Below are positions 28,785 through 37,968 of a stretch of 64,000 nt of DNA, piece by piece. The stretch's first letter is position 1, and each line of letters starts with the position of its first letter. The DNA lies in the IMG/VR virus record IMGVR_UViG_3300048924_000203, positions 22,232 through 86,231 of that record; one strand, given 5' to 3'. The notes beneath the pieces were generated by a model that was given only the letters and a program-made list of their open reading frames with translations, was not told the origin of the DNA and did no database searches. The DNA is from a virus. Lineage: Duplodnaviria > Heunggongvirae > Uroviricota > Caudoviricetes. The position numbers and the translations under genes are program-made.

Positions 28785-28907
28785 ATGGATGACGACGACC
28801 GCGTGGCACTGCGCATCCTCGCCGTGGAGATGCTCATGGCCCTGGTGCTCCTCGCGCTGGGCTTCGGCCTCTCGGCACTCATTGTGTGGCTATTCCTGAC
28901 GAACTGA
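28785..28907 (+). CDS. small membrane protein (40 aa)
   Basis: Single hydrophobic helix; ribosome binding site GAAGGTGA. Confidence 0.3.
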   Translation: MDDDDRVALRILAVEMLMALVLLALGFGLSALIVWLFLTN

Positions 28908-28958
28908 CCCCGCGTCACACGTAGGCGCTGCACTGGCCGCGGCTACACATCTCTACCC

Positions 28959-29165
28959 ATGAGCACCCACGAGTCAGCACAAGCGACTGACCGCCGGTGG
29001 GCCACAGAATCCGAAACCGCCGAACACGCCCGCGTCAGCAACAACACCATCCGACGCTGGCGAGACCGCGGGCTGATCACCGGATACAGGGTCGGCCGCA
29101 CCGTGCGCTACGACCTCTGCGAGATCGACGAACTGCTCATCTCAGGCGCCGGCGTCGCCCCATGA
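28959..29165 (+). CDS. excisionase/MerR-like helix-turn-helix DNA-binding protein (candidate small terminase partner)
   Basis: Helix-turn-helix segment SETAEHARVSNNTIRRWRDRGLITGYRVGRTVRY; ATGA-coupled to terminase. Confidence 0.6.
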   Translation: MSTHESAQATDRRWATESETAEHARVSNNTIRRWRDRGLITGYRVGRTVRYDLCEIDELLISGAGVAP

Positions 29166-30766
29166 CAGCTGTCGTCCCCGACCAGCTCGAAGCATGGTTC
29201 GACAAGCTGGAGAAGCTGGAAGAGCCGAAACGCACCCAGATGCTGAAATGGGTGAAACAGGAACTGGCGCGCGAAAAGTCGCTCGCCACGCACCGGAACG
29301 CAGCCGAGCTCGCGGCCAGCCTCGACCCCAGCTTCGTGATTACGCCGGCCAACCGTCTGATCGCTGAGGCGATCGAAGAGGCGATCGATACGCGCCGCGG
29401 ACGACTCCTGATTACTTGTCCGCCACAAGAGGGCAAAACGACCTTATCTGCTGTGTATGGCGTGGTCAGGGCGCTGCAGAAGCACCCCGAGTGGCGGGTC
29501 ATGCTGGCCTGCTTCGCATCTGGCCTCGCGGAAGATTCCTCGATCGCCGCCCGTGCCGTCATCTCCAAGCACGGCTCGGATGCCGTGGACCCCCTCACCC
29601 AGATGGACGGCACCGACGAGCTGGGCCTCGCCCTCGCATATGACAAGGCCGCGGCGGCTCAGTGGCGGATTCGCGGCCATCGCGGTGGCCTTGTCGCTGT
29701 CGGTCTCGGCGGAACGATCTCCGGCCGGCCAGCGGACTTGCTGATCATCGACGACCCCATCCGCGGCATGGAAGCGTCAAACTCTCCAACCGTCAAGCGC
29801 CATGTGATCGAGAGCTTCCAAGGTGACCTGACGACCCGACTCGCTGCCGGGGCGCCCGTGATCCTGATCCAAACCCGATGGGCGACAGACGATTTAGCAG
29901 GCTGGATCTTGGACCGTGAGGGCAAACTGCCGACGGAGAAGCGGCGGTGGCGGCACCTCAACATCCCTGCTTTGTCTGAGGAAGGCCTCTACGATTCGCT
30001 CGGCCGCCCTCCTGGTGTGTGGTTGGAGTCGGCGCGTGGCCGCACCACCTCGGACTGGGAAGAGACTCGCGACGACGTTGGCTCCCGTGTGTTCGGCTCC
30101 CTCTATCAGGGTTCGCCGTCCCCGCTTGAGGGCGGCCTGATCAAGAAGCAGTGGCTGGAGGACCACCGACTCACACTCCCGCCCGCCAATCCGGAGTGGA
30201 CTGTGGTCGGTGTGGACCCGTGCGACTCCGGGCACGGTGACGATGCCGGTGTTGTCGCTGCCTCGATAGGCACCGACGGGCGCGTGGCGATGATCGCTGA
30301 CCGGTCCGCTCCCATGACGTCGGATGAGTGGGCGAAGACCGCCGTGAAGCTGGCGATCGAGGTCGGCGCCAGCAAGATCGTCGTCGAATCGTTCGCGACC
30401 CGGGAAACCTACCGGCGGGTGCTCGACGAAGCAGTCACCGATGCCAACCCGCCCCACTCGATCGAGATTGTGCCGTGGCCGCCGATCGGGTCCGGGCGCG
30501 GCGGCGGTGACGCGCTGGCCCGCTCCACGGCACTATTGGCGCAGTTGGAGAACGGAAAAACCCGGCTGGTTGGTCACTTCCCGAAGTGGGAGGAGAAGGC
30601 GACGAGCTGGAATGCGGGCCAGCACCAGCCAGACGGTGTCGCGGCCCTGACCGTCGCACATGACGAGCTGCTCCATGCCGCCGGGCTGGAATGGGATTTC
30701 GCGACGCCGTTCGAGACGCCGCAGGACGACGGCGACATGGGGGACTGGATGCAACGCAACATCTGA
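29162..30766 (+). CDS. terL: terminase large subunit
   Basis: Walker A-like LITCPPQEGKTT; C-terminal nuclease VGVDPCDSGHGDDAG; 534 aa. Confidence 0.85.
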   Translation: MTAVVPDQLEAWFDKLEKLEEPKRTQMLKWVKQELAREKSLATHRNAAELAASLDPSFVITPANRLIAEAIEEAIDTRRGRLLITCPPQEGKTTLSAVYGVVRALQKHPEWRVMLACFASGLAEDSSIAARAVISKHGSDAVDPLTQMDGTDELGLALAYDKAAAAQWRIRGHRGGLVAVGLGGTISGRPADLLIIDDPIRGMEASNSPTVKRHVIESFQGDLTTRLAAGAPVILIQTRWATDDLAGWILDREGKLPTEKRRWRHLNIPALSEEGLYDSLGRPPGVWLESARGRTTSDWEETRDDVGSRVFGSLYQGSPSPLEGGLIKKQWLEDHRLTLPPANPEWTVVGVDPCDSGHGDDAGVVAASIGTDGRVAMIADRSAPMTSDEWAKTAVKLAIEVGASKIVVESFATRETYRRVLDEAVTDANPPHSIEIVPWPPIGSGRGGGDALARSTALLAQLENGKTRLVGHFPKWEEKATSWNAGQHQPDGVAALTVAHDELLHAAGLEWDFATPFETPQDDGDMGDWMQRNI

Positions 30767-30773
30767 CCGTCGC

Positions 30774-30785
30774 GCCCCTTGCATA
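30774..30785 (+). promoter_or_regulatory. GCCCCTTGCATA 12-mer (site C)
   Basis: Third exact copy, directly after the terminase stop. Confidence 0.4.
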
Positions 30786-30829
30786 ACGTTCGTAGCGTGC
30801 CTCCGGATCGTTGGGAACCAGATGCTCAC

Positions 30830-31300
30830 ATGATCGACTCGGTGCTGTCTACGCCGAAGTCATCGTGGAAGATGACGGACCTGTCCGGGCCCGACAGATC
30901 GTGGCTGGTCGCAGGCCTGACGTTGGCTGGTGTGACAGCTCAGGACATCGCCGACCGGCTGTCGTGCTCGCTCCGGTTGGTGCGGACGATTCGCGCGGAG
31001 GACATGACGCAGGTCTGCTACCTGGCGCAGCAGCAGCTCAAGACGATGGGTGATGACCTCCGGCAGGCGGAGCTGACGGAGCGACTGACCAGCCGGGAAC
31101 TCGTCAAGTCGCAGTCCGAGACGGACCGGGTACGGCTGCAGCTCGACCAGGTCATCGACGCTCACATTGCCGGCACGCTGGACACCTTCCCGCGGTGTGG
31201 GCATCCGAAGGTCCCGTACAACGTGTACAAGTCGCAGGGCCGCGAGTACTGCCGGGAATGCCGCCGGGACTGGGACAAGAACCACCGGAAACCGGCGTGA
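30830..31300 (+). CDS. helix-turn-helix plus zinc-ribbon protein
   Basis: ATG in ORF 30779..31300; AGLTLAGVTAQDIADRL and CGHP...CREC motifs. Confidence 0.5.
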   Translation: MIDSVLSTPKSSWKMTDLSGPDRSWLVAGLTLAGVTAQDIADRLSCSLRLVRTIRAEDMTQVCYLAQQQLKTMGDDLRQAELTERLTSRELVKSQSETDRVRLQLDQVIDAHIAGTLDTFPRCGHPKVPYNVYKSQGREYCRECRRDWDKNHRKPA

Positions 31301-31326
31301 AGCATGGGCGCGGTCAATGAAATCAA

Positions 31327-31409
31327 TTGCCCTGCAACAGATTTCGGCATAGGATGAATTGGTAGGCAAGCGGAAACAAGTCCGCATGTTCAACGGAAGA
31401 AAGTCCGAA
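31327..31409 (+). promoter_or_regulatory. Promoter-plus-leader repeat, copy 4: TTGCCC, 17-nt spacer, TAGGAT
   Basis: Homologous leader GCAAGCGGAAACAAGTCCGC. Confidence 0.5.
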
Positions 31410-31508
31410 ATGCCCACAGCACCACATACCCACTTACGAGTGGCGTTCAACGCGCGACATTCGGGACCCACCGCAATTCAGGCGGGCGATGAACCGGAAC
31501 GGTGGTGA
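31410..31508 (+). CDS. leader-encoded small ORF (32 aa)
   Basis: ATG at the conserved repeat position. Confidence 0.3.
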   Translation: MPTAPHTHLRVAFNARHSGPTAIQAGDEPERW

Positions 31509-31565
31509 TCAGGCAGACCTCTGACCTCTGTAAACGACCCGAAATTTGAAGAAGGAGACATACCT

Positions 31566-32495
31566 ATGTGGTTAATCGTCTGGACCGTCATCGTCGGTCT
31601 GGTGTTGCTGGCGGCCATCGTGATTGGCGCCATCGCAACCGTGCTGTCAGTAAGGGAACGAGAACCGTTATGGGAGGCAATCGGAACCGCCGTCGGTGTG
31701 GGGCTGATCGGACTCATCATGCTGGTGTTCTCCTCCGCCACCGTGGTGCCAACCCGGGACTACGGCGTGGTGACCAAGTTCGGCCGCCCGGTGGGTACGT
31801 TGCCCAACGGACTGCATTGGGTCGCGCCATGGGAATCCGTCGAGTCGATGGATGGCGCCATTCAGATCGACTGGCACCGGGACACCGACAACAACAAGGA
31901 CACCCACGGCGACGCCATCCAGGTGCGCCTCGGTAACCAGTCCAATGCCTACCTGGACACCTCGGTGCGCTGGGAGATGAAGCAGGACGCAGCCGACGAT
32001 CTATACCTCCAGTACCGGTCATTCGACGCGGTGCGGACCAACCTCATCACGCGGAACTTGCAGACCGCGCTCAACGAGGTGTTCGCGCATTACAACCCGC
32101 TGGCCACCGTCGTCGCAGCTGATCCGAACTTGCCGGCGGACAAGGTCCAGACCGACACCCTTATCTCGCTGGCGGCAAAGGCCACCGAAATCATGAAGTC
32201 CAAGGTCGGTGACCAGGTGACGATCTTTGAGATCCAGATTCCGACCATCGCGTTCGACGAGGAAACGCAGCACAAGATCGACCAGCTCAACCAGCAGAAG
32301 GCTGCCACGGCGGTCGCGGTCGAACAGCAGAAGACCAACGTCGAGCAGTCCAAGGCCAACAACGACCTGGTCGCTTCAGTGAAGGATCCGAACGTGCTGG
32401 TCTCCAAGTGCCTGGATATCGTCCGGGATAAGGGCGGAAGCCCACTCGGATGCTGGCCAGGTGCGGGGGTTGTGCCCACCATCCCCACGAAGTAA
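31566..32495 (+). CDS. SPFH/band-7 (stomatin/HflC-like) membrane protein
   Basis: N-terminal membrane helix plus VVPTRDYGVVTKFGRPVGTLPNGLHWVAPW; ribosome binding site GAAGGAGA. Confidence 0.8.
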   Translation: MWLIVWTVIVGLVLLAAIVIGAIATVLSVREREPLWEAIGTAVGVGLIGLIMLVFSSATVVPTRDYGVVTKFGRPVGTLPNGLHWVAPWESVESMDGAIQIDWHRDTDNNKDTHGDAIQVRLGNQSNAYLDTSVRWEMKQDAADDLYLQYRSFDAVRTNLITRNLQTALNEVFAHYNPLATVVAADPNLPADKVQTDTLISLAAKATEIMKSKVGDQVTIFEIQIPTIAFDEETQHKIDQLNQQKAATAVAVEQQKTNVEQSKANNDLVASVKDPNVLVSKCLDIVRDKGGSPLGCWPGAGVVPTIPTK

Positions 32496-32512
32496 CGCCT
32501 GAGCACGAAGAA

Positions 32513-32545
32513 GGCCCCGCACTCATCTAGTGCGGGGCCTTTCTC
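32513..32545 (+). terminator. rho-independent terminator GGCCCCGCAC..GTGCGGGGCC followed by TTTCT
   Basis: Perfect 10-bp stem plus T-tract after the SPFH gene. Confidence 0.7.
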
Positions 32546-32702
32546 TGTATCTCGGTCGACAGGCCTCTGTCCTGGCCTTCCGTTACCGAGTAACGGAAGT
32601 TCGTCGCGCCTGCTGCATAGGCTTCCCCACGTGGACAGGACGGGCTACGCCGCGCAGGCTCCGGATTACACCGAAAAACATGCGTTGAACTGCATAAACA
32701 TC

Positions 32703-32785
32703 TTGATTAGCACATCTAATTGTCATAGGATGAAGGAGTAAGCAAGCGGAACTGAGTCCGCGAGCCTGACGGAATGGAGTCCGAA
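32703..32785 (+). promoter_or_regulatory. Promoter-plus-leader repeat, copy 5: TTGATT, 17-nt spacer, TAGGAT
   Basis: Leader nearly identical to copy 2. Confidence 0.55.
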
Positions 32786-33106
32786 ATGCCCACCAGCAAC
32801 CACCGACGCGCCTCGGCGCACGCCATCCTCGCCGCCGGCATCGTCATCGGCGCCGCTCTCGGCATCCCCACCGGTGCCATCGTCTCGGCCACATCCGCCA
32901 TCGCCGCCCCGACCGTGACCGAGGACAGCCCCGCGTGGGACTGCATCTTCGACGGGAACCGCATCTGCGGGCCCGGCAACCCTCAGGGCGTGGCCGCCGG
33001 CTGCTACAACGACCGGGGCGCGCTGGTCGCGCCGTGGCCCTGCCATCTGGTCGTCAACCCCGACGGCAGCGCCGACGTCTACACCGGCTCGGCGGTCACC
33101 CGATGA
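32786..33106 (+). CDS. secreted/membrane-anchored Cys-rich small protein (alternative start at 32774)
   Basis: N-terminal hydrophobic signal-like segment; 5 Cys. Confidence 0.55.
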   Translation: MPTSNHRRASAHAILAAGIVIGAALGIPTGAIVSATSAIAAPTVTEDSPAWDCIFDGNRICGPGNPQGVAAGCYNDRGALVAPWPCHLVVNPDGSADVYTGSAVTR

Positions 33107-33402
33107 GCGACCTGAGCAACGTCACCATCGACGGCGTTCCCCAGACCTGGCGGCAGCTCTACGAACGCGAGCACGCGGCCTGTATGCGACTGGAGGACTA
33201 CCGGCGAATGCTCACCGACCTGTCGCGTAACGAGCATGGCCGACATGAGGGCGATATCGACGGCGCGAGCCCATCGCAGGGAAACCCACATCTCAGGACC
33301 GGGGACGTGATCGGCTACGCGATCGGCGGGGCATTCAAGTACGTCGTGCCCGCCCCGGAGCTGCGCGGCGACATCGCGGCGTGGAAGGTGCGGAACCAGT
33401 GA
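33103..33402 (+). CDS. hypothetical protein
   Basis: ATGA-overlap start. Confidence 0.45.
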   Translation: MSDLSNVTIDGVPQTWRQLYEREHAACMRLEDYRRMLTDLSRNEHGRHEGDIDGASPSQGNPHLRTGDVIGYAIGGAFKYVVPAPELRGDIAAWKVRNQ

Positions 33403-33506
33403 CCGCGCCGCCTCGCCGCCGGTTCCGTGACACGCTGTGGCCGCCGGCCATCGTGCTGGTCGTCCTGTGGGCGTTGATCGGCCTCTTGATCTGGTGGCTG
33501 CTATGA
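33399..33506 (+). CDS. small membrane protein (35 aa)
   Basis: GTGA start; hydrophobic. Confidence 0.3.
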   Translation: MTAPPRRRFRDTLWPPAIVLVVLWALIGLLIWWLL

Positions 33507-33790
33507 CCGGCATCGACCGGCAGTCCGCCTACGCGCTCCGGGCCGCCGAGGGCTTTCTCGCCTCGATGAACTACTACGGGCAGGCCTACGTACCCGTGGC
33601 TGCCGTCGGTGGGCCCGCGACACCGACCTACTACCGGAACATGCTCAGCAGGGCCGTTCACGCGCTCGGCGACTACGCCGCATTGTCCGAAGTATCAGCC
33701 GCGGCCACCGCTCGCGACGGGCACGCGTTCTACGCCTGGAACGTCTACGCCGAAGCTGTGATCGCACGATACGGAGGTACTACCCCATGA
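33503..33790 (+). CDS. hypothetical protein
   Basis: ATGA-overlap start. Confidence 0.45.
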   Translation: MTGIDRQSAYALRAAEGFLASMNYYGQAYVPVAAVGGPATPTYYRNMLSRAVHALGDYAALSEVSAAATARDGHAFYAWNVYAEAVIARYGGTTP

Positions 33791-34059
33791 AGCACGACAT
33801 CGACCACAGCGGCCACCACTGGCCGATCCTCGGCGGTCGTGGCATCCCGTGCGTGCTCGTCGAGGCCGACCAGGAGATGACTGGCGGCTGGGTCGTGACG
33901 GCCGGCGAGAAGTTCCCCGTCACGGTGTTGGTGCGCCCGGTGGGCACGCTGGAGTTGGCTCCCGACACCGCGGCTCTGCTGTCCGGCCTGTTCTCGGCCG
34001 ATTACGTCGACGATCTGCTGCACGCGTTGGAGCAGGCGAGGAGGATCGCGGAGTCATGA
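33787..34059 (+). CDS. hypothetical protein
   Basis: ORF track. Confidence 0.45.
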   Translation: MKHDIDHSGHHWPILGGRGIPCVLVEADQEMTGGWVVTAGEKFPVTVLVRPVGTLELAPDTAALLSGLFSADYVDDLLHALEQARRIAES

Positions 34060-34424
34060 GCGCGACGAGCATCGACGCGACCCTCGATTGGCAGGTGGGC
34101 GACCCGGAAGCGCGCGTATGGCGAGCACGTCAGCCGTATTGGGCTGAACACCGCGATGGTGATGGCGTGTACATCGTCACCCGGACGGAAGCGCGGACGG
34201 TGACCGTCCTCGGCGAGCACCTGGACGATCCGTCGGTGTGGCGCGTGTCCTGGCACGCCCGGTCGAGAGACATGGACGCCGTCGTGATGCCTCTCGACCT
34301 GGCTACGCATACGGACCTGGAACTGGTGAAGGCCGCCGCGGCCGCGCACCACGCGGTCGGAAGGCGCGCGAATGCGTGGGCCCGATATATGCGTGAGAAC
34401 GATCCTCCGGAGGTAACCCGATGA
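34056..34424 (+). CDS. hypothetical protein
   Basis: ATGA-overlap start. Confidence 0.45.
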   Translation: MSATSIDATLDWQVGDPEARVWRARQPYWAEHRDGDGVYIVTRTEARTVTVLGEHLDDPSVWRVSWHARSRDMDAVVMPLDLATHTDLELVKAAAAAHHAVGRRANAWARYMRENDPPEVTR

Positions 34425-34900
34425 GCCATATTCGAGATATCAAACTGGTTGGGCACTGCCCGATCTGCGGCGAGTCCACCCTCTACGCCAAGCCAGGCGG
34501 CCTGATCCACTGCGCCAACGCTGAGTGCGCGAACCGCGTCGCCGTGACTGCGATCCTCGGAGAACACGAGACCGAGCACATCGTCACCCTGAACGACGAC
34601 GCCATGACCTGGGTGTTCAACAAGGAGACCGGATACGACGAGCAGGTAAGCCCCGGCGTGTTCTACGGCAGCTTCACCATCCGCCATCCGCTGCGGGAAC
34701 GCGTCGAGCTGGCTGACCTCGCAGACTGCACGCTGCACCCGCGGCTCTCGCGCAACCATCCCGGCGAGGCCGGAACTTACCGGGTGACGCCGACGAGCCG
34801 GGTCCACAACGCCGACCCAGATCCGGACGATCCGCTGGCCGAGTTGGGCCCGAAGCGCGGCGACACCGTCCACGACTGGACCTGGGAAAGGATCGCGTAG
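34421..34900 (+). CDS. hypothetical protein (zinc-ribbon-like)
   Basis: ORF track; CPICG...CANAEC. Confidence 0.5.
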   Translation: MSHIRDIKLVGHCPICGESTLYAKPGGLIHCANAECANRVAVTAILGEHETEHIVTLNDDAMTWVFNKETGYDEQVSPGVFYGSFTIRHPLRERVELADLADCTLHPRLSRNHPGEAGTYRVTPTSRVHNADPDPDDPLAELGPKRGDTVHDWTWERIA

Positions 34901-35016
34901 TGGACGTTCTTGGCGGGCTCATCGCTGCGGCTTTCGGGCTGTTGCTGTCGGTCGTGCTCACGATGGGCGTCGGCTGGCTACTTGGGATGGCTCTCGATCA
35001 GTGGGCTAACAAGTGA
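34900..35016 (+). CDS. small membrane protein (38 aa)
   Basis: GTG start overlapping TAG; hydrophobic. Confidence 0.3.
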   Translation: MDVLGGLIAAAFGLLLSVVLTMGVGWLLGMALDQWANK

Positions 35017-35312
35017 CCGATGCAACGATGACTCGCAGTGAGCGGCGTGAACGTCAGGACGCCGAGACCAAAGCCTTCCTGGAGACCGCGTACGCGAATC
35101 CTGGCGTGTGGTTCAAAGTGCCGCTCCACCTCGGTGTAGTGCCCATCTCCGCCGTGAATCTCGCGCCTGATGGCAGCCGCGTGGAAATCACCGCGGCCCT
35201 GGACCTGTCGGTGTTCGATTTCTACCGTGAGGGCGGCCTTGGCGAGTATGGCCAGGTCTGGGCGCGCCGCAAGAAGCGGCCATTCGACCTCCCGCCGGAG
35301 GGACGCGACTGA
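35013..35312 (+). CDS. hypothetical protein
   Basis: ORF track. Confidence 0.45.
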   Translation: MTDATMTRSERRERQDAETKAFLETAYANPGVWFKVPLHLGVVPISAVNLAPDGSRVEITAALDLSVFDFYREGGLGEYGQVWARRKKRPFDLPPEGRD

Positions 35313-35422
35313 TGGACACCGTGATCCTCGTGCTGTTGGCGCTCGGCGTGCCGGTTGGCGTGGTCCTGTTGGCGTGGCGGTGGGTTTTCACCTCCGATGA
35401 CGAGGGCAACGACGATGCTTGA
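35312..35422 (+). CDS. small membrane protein (36 aa)
   Basis: TGATG start; hydrophobic. Confidence 0.3.
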   Translation: MDTVILVLLALGVPVGVVLLAWRWVFTSDDEGNDDA

Positions 35423-35786
35423 CCCGGACAACCCGAACCTTTGCCTCGGGCATGGACACGTGTTCCCCCGCCCTGACGGTGCGAAGGCGCGGTGCGGTGG
35501 CCCGGCGTTATGCGCTGACTGTCGCCGTGATCAGGCCAAGGCGGATGCGGGCACCACTCACCGGCTGACGGCACAGCAGATCACCCAGCGCAAGGCGGCG
35601 ATGGAAGCCCATCCCGACGAACCGGCGCGGTGGCGCCCATGGCTCGACGACGCGAGCGACGATCTATTTCCCGAGACCGCTATCCCGCCGCTCGGCACCC
35701 CCGGCAACGACGCCACTGCCGTCACGGTGACCGCCAACATGCGAATCCCGCTGCACACGAACGATCCACCGGAGGTAACCCTGTGA
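35415..35786 (+). CDS. hypothetical protein
   Basis: ATG in ORF 35355..35786. Confidence 0.4.
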   Translation: MLDPDNPNLCLGHGHVFPRPDGAKARCGGPALCADCRRDQAKADAGTTHRLTAQQITQRKAAMEAHPDEPARWRPWLDDASDDLFPETAIPPLGTPGNDATAVTVTANMRIPLHTNDPPEVTL

Positions 35787-36268
35787 GCACCTACGCGGCC
35801 GACACCACTGTCAGCAGCGAGAAGTCGCGTGGCGAGATCGAACGGACGCTCAGCCGATATGGGGCGAAGTCGTTCATGTACGGCTACGACGAAACGCACG
35901 CGATGATCCAGTTCGACACCCAGAACCGCCGGGTGCGGTTCGTACTGCCCATGCCCGACCGGAACGCGGCTGAGTTCGTTATGTCGGGCCACACGCCGCC
36001 GCGGCGACGGACGCCGGCCCAGACCGCCGAGGCGTACGAGAAAGCGGTCCGCCAACGCTGGCGCGCCCTGGCCCTGGTGATCAAGGCGAAGCTGGAGGCC
36101 ATCGAGTCCGGAATCTCCACGTTCGACGTCGAGTTCATGGCTCAGCTGGTGATGCCCGACGGTCGGACCGTCGCTGAGGACGTCGTGCCGAAGATAGTTG
36201 CTGCGTACGAGAACCACCGGATGCCGGCACTACTCCCGGCCTACTCGACGAAGGCGATCGAGGCATGA
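35783..36268 (+). CDS. hypothetical protein
   Basis: GTGA-overlap start. Confidence 0.45.
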   Translation: MSTYAADTTVSSEKSRGEIERTLSRYGAKSFMYGYDETHAMIQFDTQNRRVRFVLPMPDRNAAEFVMSGHTPPRRRTPAQTAEAYEKAVRQRWRALALVIKAKLEAIESGISTFDVEFMAQLVMPDGRTVAEDVVPKIVAAYENHRMPALLPAYSTKAIEA

Positions 36269-36438
36269 GCAACACGACACGCGATGCCCAGGCGCTGAAG
36301 GACCTCAAGGAAGCGCAGCGGCTACTGGTCGCAGTCAAGGGCCAGTTCCTCAACGACCATCCCGCCTACACCCTGCTCACAGTGGCGATCAACGACGCCT
36401 ACGAGGCGGAGCGCGCGATTCAGGGGTGGTGGCCATGA
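36265..36438 (+). CDS. hypothetical small protein
   Basis: ATGA overlaps at both ends. Confidence 0.35.
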   Translation: MSNTTRDAQALKDLKEAQRLLVAVKGQFLNDHPAYTLLTVAINDAYEAERAIQGWWP

Positions 36439-36626
36439 GCCGGATCCGGCCTCACACGTGTGGCGACCCCGGACCGTATGACGCTCACTGCACCGACGAT
36501 CCGGGGCACCGCTACTCGTGCTACGACGGCGGCGATGACGTGTCGTTCAACCGTCGGCAGGACTTCCGCCACGACTGCGATGACCCTTCGTGCGACCGAC
36601 AGCACTTCACCAACGAGGGAGATTGA
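36435..36626 (+). CDS. Cys/Asp-rich hypothetical protein
   Basis: ATGA-overlap start. Confidence 0.4.
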   Translation: MSRIRPHTCGDPGPYDAHCTDDPGHRYSCYDGGDDVSFNRRQDFRHDCDDPSCDRQHFTNEGD

Positions 36627-36628
36627 CC

Positions 36629-36793
36629 ATGGCCGGCTCTTCGCGTGTGCAGTGGCCCCAGAGCGTGTACAACGCCTACGTCCAGTTCGGTCCGCGTCCG
36701 CGGTGGCTGCTGAAGCTCATCGCCCGACCGTTCGTTCGCGTAGTGCCTGACGACGAGATGTTGCCGAAGAAGGTGGCCGCTGATGATCGCTAA
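36629..36793 (+). CDS. hypothetical small protein
   Basis: Ribosome binding site GAGGGAG. Confidence 0.35.
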   Translation: MAGSSRVQWPQSVYNAYVQFGPRPRWLLKLIARPFVRVVPDDEMLPKKVAADDR

Positions 36794-37325
36794 CCTGGCT
36801 GGCCAGTCCGTCCCAGACGATGGGGTGAACCCGCCGCCGGTCCGCATCGTGGAGGACACCGCAATTCATGGTGGTCGTGAGCTCAGGTGCTACGTCGGCA
36901 CCACCACGATCGCGACGGCCACGCTGCTCCCCGCGTCGACAGGCTTCGGCAATGGCCGGTGGTCAGTGCTGCCCCACCCAGCGATGGAGCGGCTCGCCGG
37001 TACGCGGGCGGCCTCGTCGGTGGTGCTCGACGAAGACGACGCCCGCCAGGCACTTGGCTTCCTCGCCGGCCTCTACCTAGCTGGTGCTCCAGACATTCCG
37101 CGTCTGCACGCACTCGGCTCGTACGCATCTAGCCAGGGCGTTGTGTACAGCTTCCCGGCTGGCGCTCTCCCTGAAGGAGTCCGTCATGCTCGTCAGCTAA
37201 TCGGCCAGCAGGTGCTGATCGACGGCCTCCGATTCACGGTCCGTGGTGTCGAACACTGGGCGATCGTCTGCCCGCGTGACGGGGCACGGTGCGAGCATCC
37301 GTTCGGCTTGTTGGTCGAGTCATGA
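36783..37325 (+). CDS. hypothetical protein
   Basis: ORF track. Confidence 0.5.
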   Translation: MIANLAGQSVPDDGVNPPPVRIVEDTAIHGGRELRCYVGTTTIATATLLPASTGFGNGRWSVLPHPAMERLAGTRAASSVVLDEDDARQALGFLAGLYLAGAPDIPRLHALGSYASSQGVVYSFPAGALPEGVRHARQLIGQQVLIDGLRFTVRGVEHWAIVCPRDGARCEHPFGLLVES

Positions 37326-37381
37326 GCACGTACGTGTACCTGGAATACGGCGTGCGCCATCCGGTTGAGGAGGAATCGTGA
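37322..37381 (+). CDS. possible 19-aa bridging micro-ORF
   Basis: ATGA/GTGA overlaps only. Confidence 0.2.
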   Translation: MSTYVYLEYGVRHPVEEES

Positions 37382-37968
37382 GCGGGACGGAGCCACGCAT
37401 GGTGCGCGCTGTTCAGGGCTGGCGGTGGATGCCCGGACATTCGCACGTGCAGCAGTCGTTCATCGTGCGTGCCCCGGAGGCCGAGCTGGAGGCGGAGCTG
37501 GCGCGGCAGTGTGCGGCGACTGCAGCTCTGCCTGGTTTGTTGCCGACGCCGTCGATCATCGAGCTACCGGCAGAGGCTCTGTCCGATGACGCTCCCGCAC
37601 CGTCCCTGGTCGATGTGCTGCTGGCGCACCTGGTCCCGTATGGAGGCCACGGAGTACACGTGACGTGCGAATGTGGCTGGGAGACCGGCACTGACGACCT
37701 CCGGGACTGGTGGGTCAAGCACGCTGAGCACGTCGCCCAGGAGGCGAAAGCAGCCGGCCTGATGGTGCTGCCCGCGCCGCGCTCCGACGTCATGGACCGG
37801 GTGATAGCTGAGGTGGCGAGGATCGACGGCCGCGATGAGCCGTTCTGTGTGGACTGCCACGACCGGGAGGTTGGCGTCGACGCGACGCTTGTCACTGAGT
37901 TGGTCGCCGAGGTCGCGCAGTTGCGGGCCGAGCAGGAGCGTGCGATGGCTGAAGGGGACTGGGCATGA
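37378..37968 (+). CDS. hypothetical protein
   Basis: ORF track. Confidence 0.5.
   Translation: MSGTEPRMVRAVQGWRWMPGHSHVQQSFIVRAPEAELEAELARQCAATAALPGLLPTPSIIELPAEALSDDAPAPSLVDVLLAHLVPYGGHGVHVTCECGWETGTDDLRDWWVKHAEHVAQEAKAAGLMVLPAPRSDVMDRVIAEVARIDGRDEPFCVDCHDREVGVDATLVTELVAEVAQLRAEQERAMAEGDWA

Noticed and set aside
30779-30829. ORF-track start at 30779
   Set aside because: It is the TTG inside the GCCCCTTGCATA motif; the ATG at 30830 is more likely.
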